33,000 nt of DNA from assembly GCA_011109175.1 (NCBI GenBank), contig RDEW01000003.1:403001-436000 (forward strand). Reading direction: 5' to 3'. A program made the position numbers and the translations under genes. Shown piece after piece: positions 14,356 to 26,419 of the stretch. Numbering within the stretch: position 1 is the first letter of the stretch; every line of letters starts with the position of its first letter. The notes under the pieces were generated by a model. It made no database searches and was not told the DNA's origin. It was given only the letters and a program-made list of their open reading frames with translations. This DNA is from Dicyema japonicum (lineage: Eukaryota > Animalia > Dicyemida).

Positions 14356-15249
14356 TAAAATAACAAATAAATTAATTTAAAAAAGCTATAAAATACAGGT
14401 TTTGGCTGAGACGTTGTCTTCAATGATATCCAAATGTTTTTTTGGAGAGACCAGTATTATTAGAAGAAGAAAAATGAAAAACCAGGAAAAATAAATTCGA
14501 AAGATCGCACGTAGTACTCGAACTGTTTTTATATTCGAATTACCCTGAATTAAAAGATTGGGAGAGACCGAGAGACTCAGGAAAGGAGTCGTTAATAAAT
14601 GTATGAAATAGCATGCTATTGAATATTCTAGAGTTATTTACCACTATACCTGTTTTGAGAACTTGAATCGTCCATTTAAACAAAGTAGCAGACGAAGTAA
14701 CCTGCTATCGCCTGTTTTTTCATACGAATCAAAAGTGTCATCATAAGAGACCAACCATAATATTAAAGGCGCGAAATTTTATTTATGTTTAAATTTATTA
14801 ATAATTTTTTATTAAAAATAAATAAGCTTCTATAAACGAGATTTACTATCTGTTCGCCTTCCTGTCGATCTCCGTTGAGACGTCTGGCAGTTTGGCCCAG
14901 AACAGCAAAGTTTATCATCTGATCAAGCGGCTTGCTTGACTGAAAAGAAGGGAGAGTCTATAATGGCTCAATGGTTCTCCAGAACGTTAGGCTAATGATC
15001 ATTAGTGGTTAGCTTCCATAGCGTGCTCAATGCCTGCAGGCCAGTTGTCCCGAATTCGCCTATAAAACTAGAGGAACAACTCACCTCACCAGGTTAGGAA
15101 ATTTTATTGTAACAATCTTTGAGTTCAGTTGCCACCACAGGTTATTTTGTGAAGGTTTTTCTTCCTTTCGTCTGTTCTTTAAGAAAAAGAATATCCCACA
15201 TAACTGAGTGATCCCAGAACGACAAGGGGAAGCCGGAATTAAATAATTA

Positions 15250-15400
15250 AATTTTTATTTTAGACCACCGTTAAGCAGAAAAAGAAACTAAGTGATCCCG
15301 ACAAATTTAATTCAGACTCTTAGTCATAAGTTCCACGAGGTTTTAGCTGCTATGGCTTTGTTCTCCTGAGGTCGCGCGCGTATTTTCTCTGATAGGTTCG
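15250..15400 (-). mobile_element. Short LINE 3' fragment carrying the shared hairpin tail
   Basis: Minus strand reads GGGATCACTTAG..CGGTGGTCTAAAATAAAAA, matching the tails at 25271 and 30631. Confidence 0.55.
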
Positions 15401-15519
15401 GCTCTCAGTTCTTTATAAAAAATACAGGAATATTTTTTAGGGGAAATAAATAATCTTACTATTTTAAATTAAATTCGATAAATATTCGTTTATATCTTCT
15501 GAGTTTCTTTCAATTTTTA

Positions 15520-16310
15520 AAGGAATACTACGCAATCGAAGATTTCTCTGTCAGAAACTTCGACTTTTCTATGTCTTCTTTCCTTCACCTCACCCCATTC
15601 ATGGCCCACGAAAAGAAGGTGATAAGGGTCTCAGATCACCGATAATAATTTCTGAAGCGTCGTACCGACAAATCAATAATTCAAGCTCGACGGAGACATT
15701 TGGAGTATTTGGGCCTAGAGTAGTCCATCGACACAATCTTCCGACTTGTAGGAATAAAAACCTACAATGAATCAATGGCTCTTACAAAACATTGACCTTG
15801 TGATCGCGAGAGGGTAACTCGGTCGATAGTTAAGGTAGAGATGCACCTCTATTGGACGAAACGTCTTCATATCCTCTGTTGCATGAAACCTCTGGTCCCA
15901 CTTCTTGTATGAATAGGGGAAATGATTGCCTCAGGAGACCTAGGATATAAATACCTGAACAAGGAAGCGTCAGACACTCTTGGTTTTAACATTGAATAGC
16001 CACGTGGTGTCATGTAGCTACTCTAGTAAAGATTTTGTTTGTTTCTCCTGTTCCTTTGCGTCAAGTGATCCACCCGTCTCCAGTAGCACGCAAGGGATCA
16101 TTTTCTCTTCTCCACTCAACTGGAGGGGTTGCCTAAACTGCAAGAAATGACGTCTTTTACCTTTTTATGGTGGTTCTGGATGGACTTGTGTGACAGTGGA
16201 GACTAGATACACTTAATTAGTTGTTAACTTCTTTCTCGTGTCTCCGGAGTTTGTAATAATCTCGTGGCACAAATTTGGGGGAACTATGAAGTCTGGATTA
16301 ATTTCCTAAC
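15520..16310. other. Probable spliced gene, strand and frame unresolved
   Basis: Coding-like composition with candidate tiny introns on both strands. I could not build a consistent ORF. Confidence 0.3.
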
Positions 16311-16354
16311 GTCCTTAAACTCGTTTATTAGAATGAATTAGTAAAACAAAAGAG

Positions 16355-17033
16355 TCAGTAGTGGAATTTCATATATGACAAAAAGGCATCCCAAAATGAC
16401 ATGACAAAGGCAATAAAAATTATTCGAAGCTGAATTGGGAGGTAATAAAAATTAAAAAACTGGACAGGAGGCCAGAAAATATAGTCGGCCTATAAGTAAC
16501 AAAATTGAGTACAAGTATGATTGGGAGAAGTTTCGTCTTCAGCTCTGCAACAACCTCCTTAAATTTGCGAGCTTCCAAGATTCCCATTCCTAAAAATAAA
16601 ACTCCACGTCAACCGATGAAAAAAACTAAGTAAATAGCGGGAGATCCAATAATTTGGTCATACAGGATTTTTAATGAACACGTTCTTAACGGTGACGGCA
16701 GGAAACTTCCAGTCGAGGATCAAATACCAATAGTGAGAAGCAAACCCCAAGAAAGAACCGATAAAAAACATATTTCCTAAAATTATATTCTGCACGTGTA
16801 CTGCTGCGAGTGAAGTTGCAGTCGTCTGTGAAGTAGCATTGGATGGCGAAATCACTTAAGCATTGTATGGCTCCGTAAGAAATGACGTTTGTAAGCAGTA
16901 AATTTTTTATAAATGTCTTCTGGTATAATCCGGAGATCACTTGCCGTGTTTTCCCCATAAATGTCCTTCTGCCACAATTTTTGGTGGTTCTGATTAAATT
17001 GCATCTTTTAAAATTCGTGAAAAACGAATTCAT
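16355..17033 (-). CDS. Mpv17/PMP22 family membrane protein (MPV17L2-like); 3 tiny introns; one frameshift in an A-run near 16670
   Basis: NLLLTNVISYGAIQCLSDFAIQ..NFTRS|RNMFFIGSFLGFASHYWYLILD..K/ILYDQIIGSPAIYLVFFI|GMGILE..ELKTKLLPIIL|ADYIFWPPVQFFNFYYLPIQLRIIFIAFVMSFWDAFLSYMKFHY*. The basic N-terminus suggests mitochondrial targeting. Confidence 0.88.
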
Positions 17034-17599
17034 CGTGTTGAAGTTTTCAAATTCGTTCTATATAAACGACCTAAATTTAAATATTTGAAAAATTATCAAC
17101 TTTAAATATTTCTAAAAATTAAATTTAATACAAATAAATTTTAAAACATATAAAAGATTTTACTGTTTGGTTGCTTCTGATGAACAGTCAACATGGGTAC
17201 CATGTTACTAGTGTCACGATTATTTGGGAGTTCGATTTCCACACGGATGGCTACCTGGTCGAGGATTTCCTAATATTCTGTGTCACCATCAAACTTAATG
17301 CAAGTCACGCTACTCACTTGTCTCATAAGGGGGTCAAAAGGATTACTTTCTTTTTTGCTCCTCTGTAGGGGTACCCATGATGGCAGATACGGACGTAATG
17401 CTTGGAAAAGATGCGTCTTACTCACACCGTGGGAACTGAATATTCCTCAATTAACTCTTAACTCGTATATCCAGGATTATTAAATTAAACACTCTCAATT
17501 ATGCTACATAGTCTCATATAAACCAAAGGAATCGTCTGGATTAATGATCACGTGCTAAAAAACCGCAGAACTTTGCAGGAAAGTTCTTAATCATAAAAG

Positions 17600-18560
17600 A
17601 GGTTCACGCAGCTTATTATTATCTAACCCCCAAAAGGGAACGCCATGAAAGGAGTTAAACCAACTAATTATGATCCCAGTAGATCTCAACAGGATCAAGA
17701 GCTTTTTGCTGTGCTCCTCCATAGTACTCACAGCTTTTCTAAAGCCACAACGATCGTTTTTATGAGTATTTGGAGAGGCGTGGGTTTTTCCCCCAATTTA
17801 CGTGTACCGTAGGCTTCCATCGCTGACTGGTATAAGCGATCGGACTACGAGTCGCAGAGAGTGATGAACCCGGAACCATTATTTAGCGTTTCGAGGCATA
17901 ATTGAGCAGAGAAATTGGTTATGGGGACCATTTTTGTTCTTAGGGAATTTATATGGTGGAAGTTTGAAATTCCGTACCAGGAGGTACAAGCATACTCCAC
18001 CGTAGGCTTCAAGAACTGGTAGTATGAGAATGCAGCACATTCCTGTGACGCTTGGGTCCTGGAGTTTAGAAATGTCATGATATGTTGAGTTTCCGGAGGC
18101 TCCTAAAGAGAACGTCTTCCAAATGTTGGGAGAATAAGAATAAGACGTCCAGGGTCACTCTCAGAATTCTTGGATGTACTTTTATTGGAATAGTATCTCA
18201 ATTTTTGTTTCTTGTCGGTGGTAAAAATTGTATAGGAAGATTTTTACATGGACACAGATAGTTGGTTTGAAGTCAGTCAAACCCTTAGGTCATTTAGGTG
18301 TCACTGAAATTTCTGATATTGCCATATCCACGTACAATCGACCCTCGCATATCGTCCCCGAGAAAACATAAATTAGTTAAGTTTCCCTTGTGCCTTATTC
18401 CTAATCATCCTCTCCGTCAACCTCCACCATGATCCTCTGTTGCGCGCTAGTTCTCTTAGGTAGTCCAGATCGTCCGCCGAAGTTAGTCTCATACCAACCG
18501 CCGATAGGTTTTCGTTCAAAAGTGTCGTTTTTGACCTTCCACGGCCATTGAATAATGACC
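17600..18560 (-). mobile_element. Degenerate L2/Jockey-like LINE RT 3' portion
   Basis: Thumb motif YYQFLKPTVEYACTSWY, a VTLD motif, and a GGGATCA-type tail near 17670. Confidence 0.7.
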
Positions 18561-18639
18561 AACTTAAAAAAATTAAAAAAGAATTATTTTAAATGCAATA
18601 AATGAAAGAAAAAACTTATTTAAGAATTATTAAAATAAA

Positions 18640-19170
18640 ATTTAATTCATAAATGTTTTTTTGCTTCGATAATACTTGCTTTGTGTTTTCTTAAGAAATT
18701 AGAGAAACTTCATGGTCAACATTGGCTAAGAGTTCCCTCTCTATTTCAGAATCTAACTACAATATCTTTTTTGCCTACAGGTCTTATTTTTCCCATTCTT
18801 TTTCACTATTTTCTGTATCTTCTAAAGAATTTTCATTTTCATTAAATGCAAAAAAATGCGACCTTGGTAGATATTAAAGCATCATTCAGAAAACCACATA
18901 GAAGATTTATTTTTCGAAAAATGCCTTTAAATTCTACTTCCTCCATGCATTCTACCAACTTCTCTTCAAGCTTTGGAAACTTTGGTTTATGTGCAGCTAT
19001 GAAAGACATTTGATATTTATAGAATCTTTCAAAATAGCGTCCTTCTTCAGTAAAAAATTATTTATCGTTTTCTCGATATGGTCATTCGAAACAAGTTTGG
19101 GAATCTAACAGCCAATTCCTGGAACGAAATAGTATTAGGTCAAACCGTTTTTAATGATGGTAAGTAGTCC
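18640..19170 (-). mobile_element. Possible pogo/Tigger (CENP-B HTH) transposase remnant
   Basis: HKPKFPKLEEKLVECMEE resembles the start of the CENP-B/Tc5 HTH. There are many stops, and no TIRs were found. Confidence 0.45.
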
Positions 19171-19272
19171 ACCTCCACACCACACTTCTCTAAAATATAA
19201 TAAAATAGTATTTTAAATATAAATTTAATATTTAAATAAAAAATAAATCGAATAAAGAAAAATATTAATTAT

Positions 19273-21655
19273 CTATTCTCTAACAAGGGTCCAAGCTCTG
19301 TCTTTTAATGACTTAACCGCATCATCATCCATCCCAAGAACATCGACAGCCTTTCTTAGAATCAACTGCAGAACTTCAGCCTTATGTTGGAAGAATTTTT
19401 CAAGAAAAACAATGCATAAAATAGTGAAGAATTCGTCCCTTGATATATTCTAACATTAAAATAATGGGACTTTAAGAGAATCAAGCTCCCTTTCAAACCC
19501 TTCTTTGTCAACAGAGCTGTTCCTGGTGAAGAATTCGTCTTCAGCAATAAATAGGCCGTCGAATCTCTGCAATCCAATTATATCCATAAAAGTCTAAATA
19601 TGCTAGCGTAGATTACATCATCAGTCGTCTCCTCCCAAGACTCGTCGGCCTCAGAGCTTTCGGCGGAGATTACATTAAGCAATGAAGCATTATCTGGTAA
19701 ACTAGATAATGTGGCCATCCGAGCACTACGAAGCATAAATTGGGGTTGATTCGATGTTTCCTTGTTTTAAACCGAAAATATACGTTATTGAACATTACAG
19801 AGTCATCGTCGGCAATTCCGAGAAATGAGGTAACTCTACTAGCAATATTGGCTGAGAGACTAATAGCCAACGCAGAGGACTTGATTTGGTCCTTATTTTG
19901 ATTGAATTCAGCGTCAGAATAGTTGTAAGAAATCTTAGAAAGATACTCCTTCGCTGCAAAGCGGTGGACTGGAAATTAACCCCTTCCGTGAACACAACTG
20001 GTATTTCCACGCTTTTTTCATAATGCATCCCCTCAATAAATCCAGAGTAGTTAATTTTTAAGATGGGAGTCTCTTCCAACTAGAGAGTAACTTTTAAAAA
20101 AACCTTTCTTACATCCTTCACCTTATAAAAGTCAATATAGGGCATATTATTGATAGAAACACTCCTTCCCTTGGGAAAGTAGTCTTCAAGGTCATGATCC
20201 TCGAATTGGAGAGTCTGTTCAGTTATTACACTTTTTGTGGCATCATTCATGAGTTTGATTATTTTGGAGTCAATATCGGTGGCACTTGAATCTACAAATT
20301 CAAATTCCATTTCCAGCCTCGGCAGTCCCTTCCACCAATTCGAAGAGGCTCCACTTCCAATCCCGACAGAGAAAACTCTAGGCAGATGAATCACAAAATT
20401 ACCGGTTTTTGTGGAATTCAACGAAATTTCATAAATGACTTCGTTGTAGTGCTCACACTGCCGTCAGTTATCAGTATAATCTAAAGTTGGAAAAAACGTG
20501 ACCTTTCTGGAGTACCCTTCTTCCAGTTTTTCCCCAATCACGTATTTTATTGGCCTGAGGATCTCAGTCCCTCGGCCATGTCGACGTATTTGAGTGCCCT
20601 CCTCCGTTTATCGTCATCTTCAATTAGAACAGATCTAATATAAATAGCCCTGTTCTACTTTTCGAGAGTAAATCAAAATTCGATCAAATCGATTATGTTG
20701 TAACGGGCCTTCGGGGGGAGACTTAACAACCCAAAATTCAAGGCCTCCGCAGCCCGTTTTATTGAATTCCCAGTCATACTTCCAGACCGATCGATTATAA
20801 ATATGAATCCTGAGTCATTTCTGACAGTCTTTTCTCTTCAAAGCTGGGAATATGGCTCAGCATCAGAACTGTCATCAAGGCCTTTTTCGATTATCGCTGT
20901 GAACAAGTTAACGTCGCTGTATCTCACATAAATGCACAAATCGTCCATTTTCTGAGGGATGTGTTGCATTCTTAACTAAAATGAGAATCCTTATTTCTAC
21001 AGTATATTTGCTCTCAGTTTGTTTGTCGAAAATAAGCTGATCAATGTTTGAGTAGATTTTCTCAATCTTTTTCTCTCCACCTGTTATTTTGCCGTTAAAC
21101 TTGAGAAAGGGGACAAACTCCGACTCTTGTTGTTTGAAGCATTTATCAATTACTGGACAAGTAGGATCATATCGGGGACAATTTCAACCGGAAGAGTGAA
21201 AGTGAAGATATTGTTGGATTCGGTAAAGTCCAGCTGAACGATATAACGAAGTATTAAGGAAACAGATTCTTTGGGGTGAACATTCCCAATAGACATGGAA
21301 AAAATGTCCTCAGTTTTGTAAGATCCATGGATAGCAAAGACGCCTTTTTTAACGGCTTCCTTATATTTTTTATCGGCTTCTTCCTTTTCCATGCATTCTC
21401 CGCGAATCGTTTTCTCATCGATTTTGGCCTCAAGAAAATAAACGGCAGCTTTCGATTTTAATGGGCAACGGATTTGAGCTCCTCGCATATCATTCAAACT
21501 GTTTTTGTATGACACACAGTAACCGACGTCAGCGACCATATCAGTGATATTGACATCGCAGGAAACTGATTCCGGCTCAAAGTTAACTAAATATCGATTA
21601 TTTGAGTTCGTCTACCATTATTTTCTACGACAACATTGATGGGAATTCGAATCAT
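19273..21655 (-). pseudogene. VIT + von Willebrand A domain protein (VWA5A-like); multiple frameshifts, so pseudogene or assembly errors
   Basis: VIT domain (AAVYFLEAKIDEKTIRGECMEKEEADKKYKEAV..DIFSMSIGNV); vWA MIDAS FIFIIDRSGSM, GTEIL, IILITDG, RVFSVGIGSGAS; SLSANIASRVTSFLGI; ends RAWTLVRE*. Tiny introns are present, e.g. the 29-nt first intron. Confidence 0.8.
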
Positions 21656-21899
21656 TTTAAAAATAAGTTTAATAAGAAAATTAATTGCAGTCTATGGAAT
21701 TAAAAAAATATATAATTTTCTTTTAAATTAAATTATGGATAAAATTAAAAATTGTCTTTAATCATAAGATCCTATTTGAACGAATTAACTATTCTGTCAT
21801 GCTGGGATCACGTGATTTGTTAGTTTGTGTAACCGTGATCTCTGGTGTTATTATTATTATGTACTCCCTCGGACTTGTCATTATGTACTCCCTCACTTG

Positions 21900-23385
21900 C
21901 TGGGTATCTTTCATGGGATGTTCGTTATGGTTTTATAAGCGACCATAACCCAATCGTGTTGAAACTCAAAAGATCTATTTGTCTGCCAAGAAGTTGACGA
22001 AGTTCAAGAACTATTCGAAGGCAAATTGGATTGGTCTCAGCACATTTAATGTTCATCCGATTATCGTCTTACAGAATATTCAATCCGAAACTATCTTCAG
22101 GCATCCTGGCACTTATCAAGAGACGGCCTTGAAGAAAACCGGAATGAAATCAAATGGCTCTATATCGTCCATACGCTCTTTAAATCGCAGAATTTCCCAA
22201 CTAATCCGTGATAAACACAGACACAAGTGGAACCGGCTTGTTGGTCGGCAATGCCACAAGAACTCGTGTGGAACCTTCTGGAAGACCTGAGAAATATCAA
22301 CAGTCTTATAAAGGAAAATGACGGCGGAGTGGAAACCGTTACTTCAATTGCCTTTATAGAATAGTTGTATAGTTTCGAGGACACTCCTAACAAAAAAGAT
22401 GTTTCATCCAAATTTACATCCGAACATCATGTTATGGCTGGAAAATTTTTTAAATGGCCGACGTGGAAGAGTCCGGATTGGAAAAATTACTTCAAAATTA
22501 AGACTACTCCCTAATGGGGTCCCACAAGGCTCCCCTGTCTCCTCTCTTATTTAACTTATTTCTACACGATTTACCTACTATCAAAGACCAGGACACTATG
22601 TTTTTATCTTAAGCGGACGACCTGATTATCACTGCAAGGGACAAATCTCCTTCCAGCGCTGTAGCGGTGGTTCAGTCACACCTCAATCAGGCATGTGACT
22701 GGCTATCCATGAAGTTCCAAGTCTCAGTTCACCATATTTACTACGGACAGAAGATTTAATGGTGGTCTTTAGATATTCCTCGGAAACATTCCCATTCCTT
22801 ATACGCGAATCCAGAAGATCCTTGGAGTGACATTCGACTCTCTTATGACGTTATCCAGTCACATGGAGGAAGTGTTAACCAAGGGTCTTCGAAAATGGAA
22901 CGTCTTAAAGGCTATCATAAAGAGGAGCCCCTCCCACCTACTGCTTGTTTAGCAATTTATATCTTAAGTCATTGTGCCGACGGTTGAATATACCTGATCT
23001 GCTTGGAGATTCGCCATTCCCTTTACGAGGGTCGAGCGAATGAACTCTCTCAGACGGAAGATCATGCGGTATATGCAATCAGACATCACATCCATCCCCA
23101 GTCTCTTTTCAGAGGAGGCGACGGTAAGAAATGGCCAGGGCTTAGTACGTATGTGCAAGGGGGGTAAAAAAACCCATTCAGAGAAAAAGCGGTTCATGCG
23201 AAGGAATTCAGATTGGCATTAAAAAGTGCACTCCGATAAAATTCTTCTGCAGAAATAAAGAAGACACTTCAGGAATGCTGTGGTTCACTGGCGGAGTATT
23301 CGAAGGGAATTCGAGAGGAATCACTTAATTTGGCGAGTTAATAATACTTTCTTGGTGGTCTTGGGGTTTTTAAAAAATAAAATTC
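21900..23385 (+). mobile_element. Degenerate L2/Jockey-like LINE (RT domain)
   Basis: GVPQGSPVS, FNLFLHDLP, LS*ADDL, KILGVTFDS, VIVPTVEY, and an A-rich tail at ~23370. Confidence 0.85.
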
Positions 23386-23439
23386 CTTTGTATTTTATAA
23401 ATAAATAAACAACATTCTTTTGTTGATCTGTTCCACGTT

Positions 23440-23900
23440 GAGGGGACCACCGGACGGTGGGGAGAAACTGTTGGCTCTTTTCGTTCTTTTTTGGAATGGG
23501 TGACACCATTTCTGGTGAGCCACATGACACCACGGTAACAACATATTTCTCCATCAGTATGCTTTGCCTACGTAATCGATCAACAGTTGCCCCACTACTC
23601 ATGGAAGCTAAGACCCGTAGTCGTGGTTCTGGATTTCTTCGCGTCTGTGAGGAAGATGGAAACCCGCTTCACCTGATCATTTCCATGGCAAGAGAAAACC
23701 GATTGGATAGGAAATTCCCCTCCCCGATCGGATTCCTCTGCAAGACCGAGAGAAGGCTCTTCCGGAAAGTAGTGGGGACGATGGAAGATCACAGACGTCG
23801 AATGGCACAATTGATTGAGGGGACTGGGATCACCTAACTGTTTGACTCTTTTGTCTTTCTTTCTCGGTGTTCCCGGGGTTATTAAAAAATAAATAAATAA
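23440..23900 (+). mobile_element. 5'-truncated LINE 3' end with (AAAT)n tail and 14-bp TSD
   Basis: ATCTGTTCCACGTT at 23426-23439 and 23901-23914; hairpin tail at 23824-23876. Confidence 0.8.
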
Positions 23901-25070
23901 ATCTGTTCCACGTTAGTGTACTTGATTGAAGATTTTTTGTTTGGTTCTTCTGTTCCTATTATTCTCTTTTTAATAGGGTGACGTCGTGTAATTCACCTGT
24001 CTCAGGCGGCACGAAAAAGGATTATTCACTCTCCCCCAAAAATCGCGGTCGGGAGGATAACTGTATGTCTCGCATCAACCCCTATTGAGAATCTTCGACG
24101 GGAATCTAAAATCCTTATCTATAGTTCCACTCCCAAACTAAAATCCAGACCATCTCCTAAACAAAAAAATCATCTTGACAACTTGTGACCTCTCTCGAAT
24201 ACTATCCTCTATCCCCGAGGCCGTTTGAAACAGATACATGATCTTGTTTCGTGACCCCTTCTCCAATTGACCAATCAGAATCCTTTCAACCGAGAGTAAA
24301 TCTGGTTTGTCTACGATGTGAACACCACTCCTTTATCTACAACTTCTCCGAGTTGACTACAAGTGATCCTTAAAAATGACCTGAACTTTAAAATGTTTAC
24401 CATGGCAAAGTTGATCGATCTATGAAAGCGACAGGCATTTCATTCATCCGTGGTTTTCTTGAAGTTAGTGAGGCCGGGGGTAACTTTACCATGTATTGTA
24501 GTTGATATTCTGTCGATTGTTTTGGATCGATTCCCACACTGATATCTACCTAATTGAAAAATTTCCTACTGCTCTGTCCTTCTTCGAATTATAAGAGGCG
24601 TCAATAGATCCACCTGTCTTAGGAGACTTCTAATGCCTGGCCGGCATCCAAAAGGATACATCTCTTCTCTACTTCACTGGAGGGGTTTCACAATATGAAA
24701 GTGATGCCTGAAATGGATGAATCTCACTCAGACCGTGGGAGTTGGAAATTCCTTAATTGGACGTTAATTGTCGCATGCCATAACGGTTACGCATGCTATA
24801 GCGGTTACAGTGGTAAATAAGGTCAGTCAGGGCCACTGTATTAACTATTTATTTTATTTGTATTAATAATAAAGATCACTGACCCTGTTAAACAGATTAG
24901 GATCGCTCACCACAAAGAGAAAGGAGTTTGCTAATTGAGCGTATTTCCTTGCAAATCGACAGGGAATTTCGTTCTCGATTATGAGCAGCCAGTAATTACT
25001 AAATGTCGCCTAATTTTAATCTATCAATTAAAAAGAGAACATTTTATTAAATTAGCTATTTTTAAGCCTT

Positions 25071-25335
25071 AGCATAGTGGCATAGTGGTTAGGTGTCAGG
25101 CTAAAGTGACTTAGGTCACGGGTTTGATTCTCGCTGCTGTTCACCTGGTGGAAGGTTCCACGCATCTACGATGCCAAAGGGGTTTGATGAGTCACGCCGT
25201 CATCAGTGGATACTCACTGCGGAACTCGATTGTCTAGAAAAGACCCACAAGGTCGCTAATGGAATTCATCGGGATCACGTGTTAATTAGTTTCGTTTACA
25301 GTGGTCTTTGGTTGTTGAATAAAATAATTAAAAAA
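25071..25335 (+). mobile_element. tRNA-derived SINE
   Basis: Pol III A box TGGCATAGTGG (25078-25088) and B box GGTTTGATTCT (25121-25131). The 3' ~80 nt match the LINE tail at 30610-30690, and the end is A-rich. Confidence 0.8.
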
Positions 25336-25349
25336 CCAACATACTATTA

Positions 25350-26045
25350 CAGTGGACCCAAAAAGTCATGGCACCACTTAATAAATTTTAATATTTTACA
25401 TTTTTACCCATAAAATATAAAGTATTTTTACTTTTAATCATTTTTTACAAAATTAAAAAGCATTAGGATATAGAAAATAATTTTAAATTTTTAAAATTTT
25501 GATAATAGGTTAAGAAAAAAACTTTTAACCTTTTAGTGTCACTTTAGAGTCAAAAAATGTTGGCACTCTTTATGACTATAGTTTTTTTTAAAGTGCGTGG
25601 GATAACAAAATGTCATTCTGTCAGATTATTTCTTTTAAGTTTTGCCAAAAAAAAGTTTGTTATCGCTTAATAACGCATTATCAAAAATCGATATTAAAGA
25701 AATAACCGATTTTTGACACTACTTTATGGGAAATCGGAAGGAATATTCTTTTGAGGTAAAACAGATGTTCGTCAAGTCCCACCAAAAGTTCAGTTAGTCC
25801 GTTGGAAAGAACGATGAAATGTTTGCAATAAATCTAGTTCCGGTGTACCTAAAAAAATATCGAGCTGTTCTTGTTCGAAGATAAAAAAGATTGTGGCAAC
25901 TGATCCGAGAATTACTAGAAGCAAGTTGAGATATGATTTAGAGACAGTGGAAATAAAAGTTGGTTCATCTACAATAACTAATACATTGCGCAAACAAGGA
26001 ATTCACAAAAGGAGGGCACGTCCTATTCCTCTACTAAAAAAGTAT
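25350..26045 (+). mobile_element. Left half of a second Tc1-family element (truncated)
   Basis: TA+CAGTGGACCCAAAAAGT terminus. Transposase N-terminus from 25726 (MGNRKEYSFEVK..GVPKKIS..DPRIT..STITNTLRKQGIHKRRARPIPLLKK). No right TIR seen. Confidence 0.8.
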
Positions 26046-26088
26046 CAAGGGTATAACTAGCTCCATTTCAGTATCAAGGGTATAACTA
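26041..26088 (+). repeat. 19-bp direct repeat at the Tc1 truncation point
   Basis: AGTATCAAGGGTATAACTA at 26041-26059 and 26070-26088. Confidence 0.9.
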
Positions 26089-26419
26089 ATTTCGGATCTG
26101 TACATCTGAGATACAACCTTTCATTAATTACACTAAAATTATACAAAAATATTCTGAAATCACGCTATAAATTTAGGGTTGCCACCATAAAAAATAAAAT
26201 TCTGACAATCAATGATATTTGACCTGTTCATGGTCAAAAAATGTAACCGTCTGCCCATTGCGTAACCACTCGGCCACGTGCCACATGTCACCGAGGACAA
26301 ACGAATGTTCCAAAATATCATAAGAGAGCGATCTGTAATCTTACATCACTCAATGTCTTTCATGTATGCGGCCAATAATGAGACACATACAATCCTTAGT
26401 GTCGAAGGGGACATTTAAC

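Noticed and set aside
24000-24830. LINE APE endonuclease remnant (also ~17200-17480)
   Set aside because: The two regions share a short similar stretch and a TINVQ-like motif, but they are too decayed to call with confidence.
25071-25142. Functional tRNA gene
   Set aside because: The B box and acceptor stem are imperfect, there is no clean anticodon arm, and it runs into a LINE-like tail. It is better explained as a SINE head.
26174-26184. TAGGGTTGCCA hAT-like terminus
   Set aside because: No matching inverted end or TSD was found in the window.
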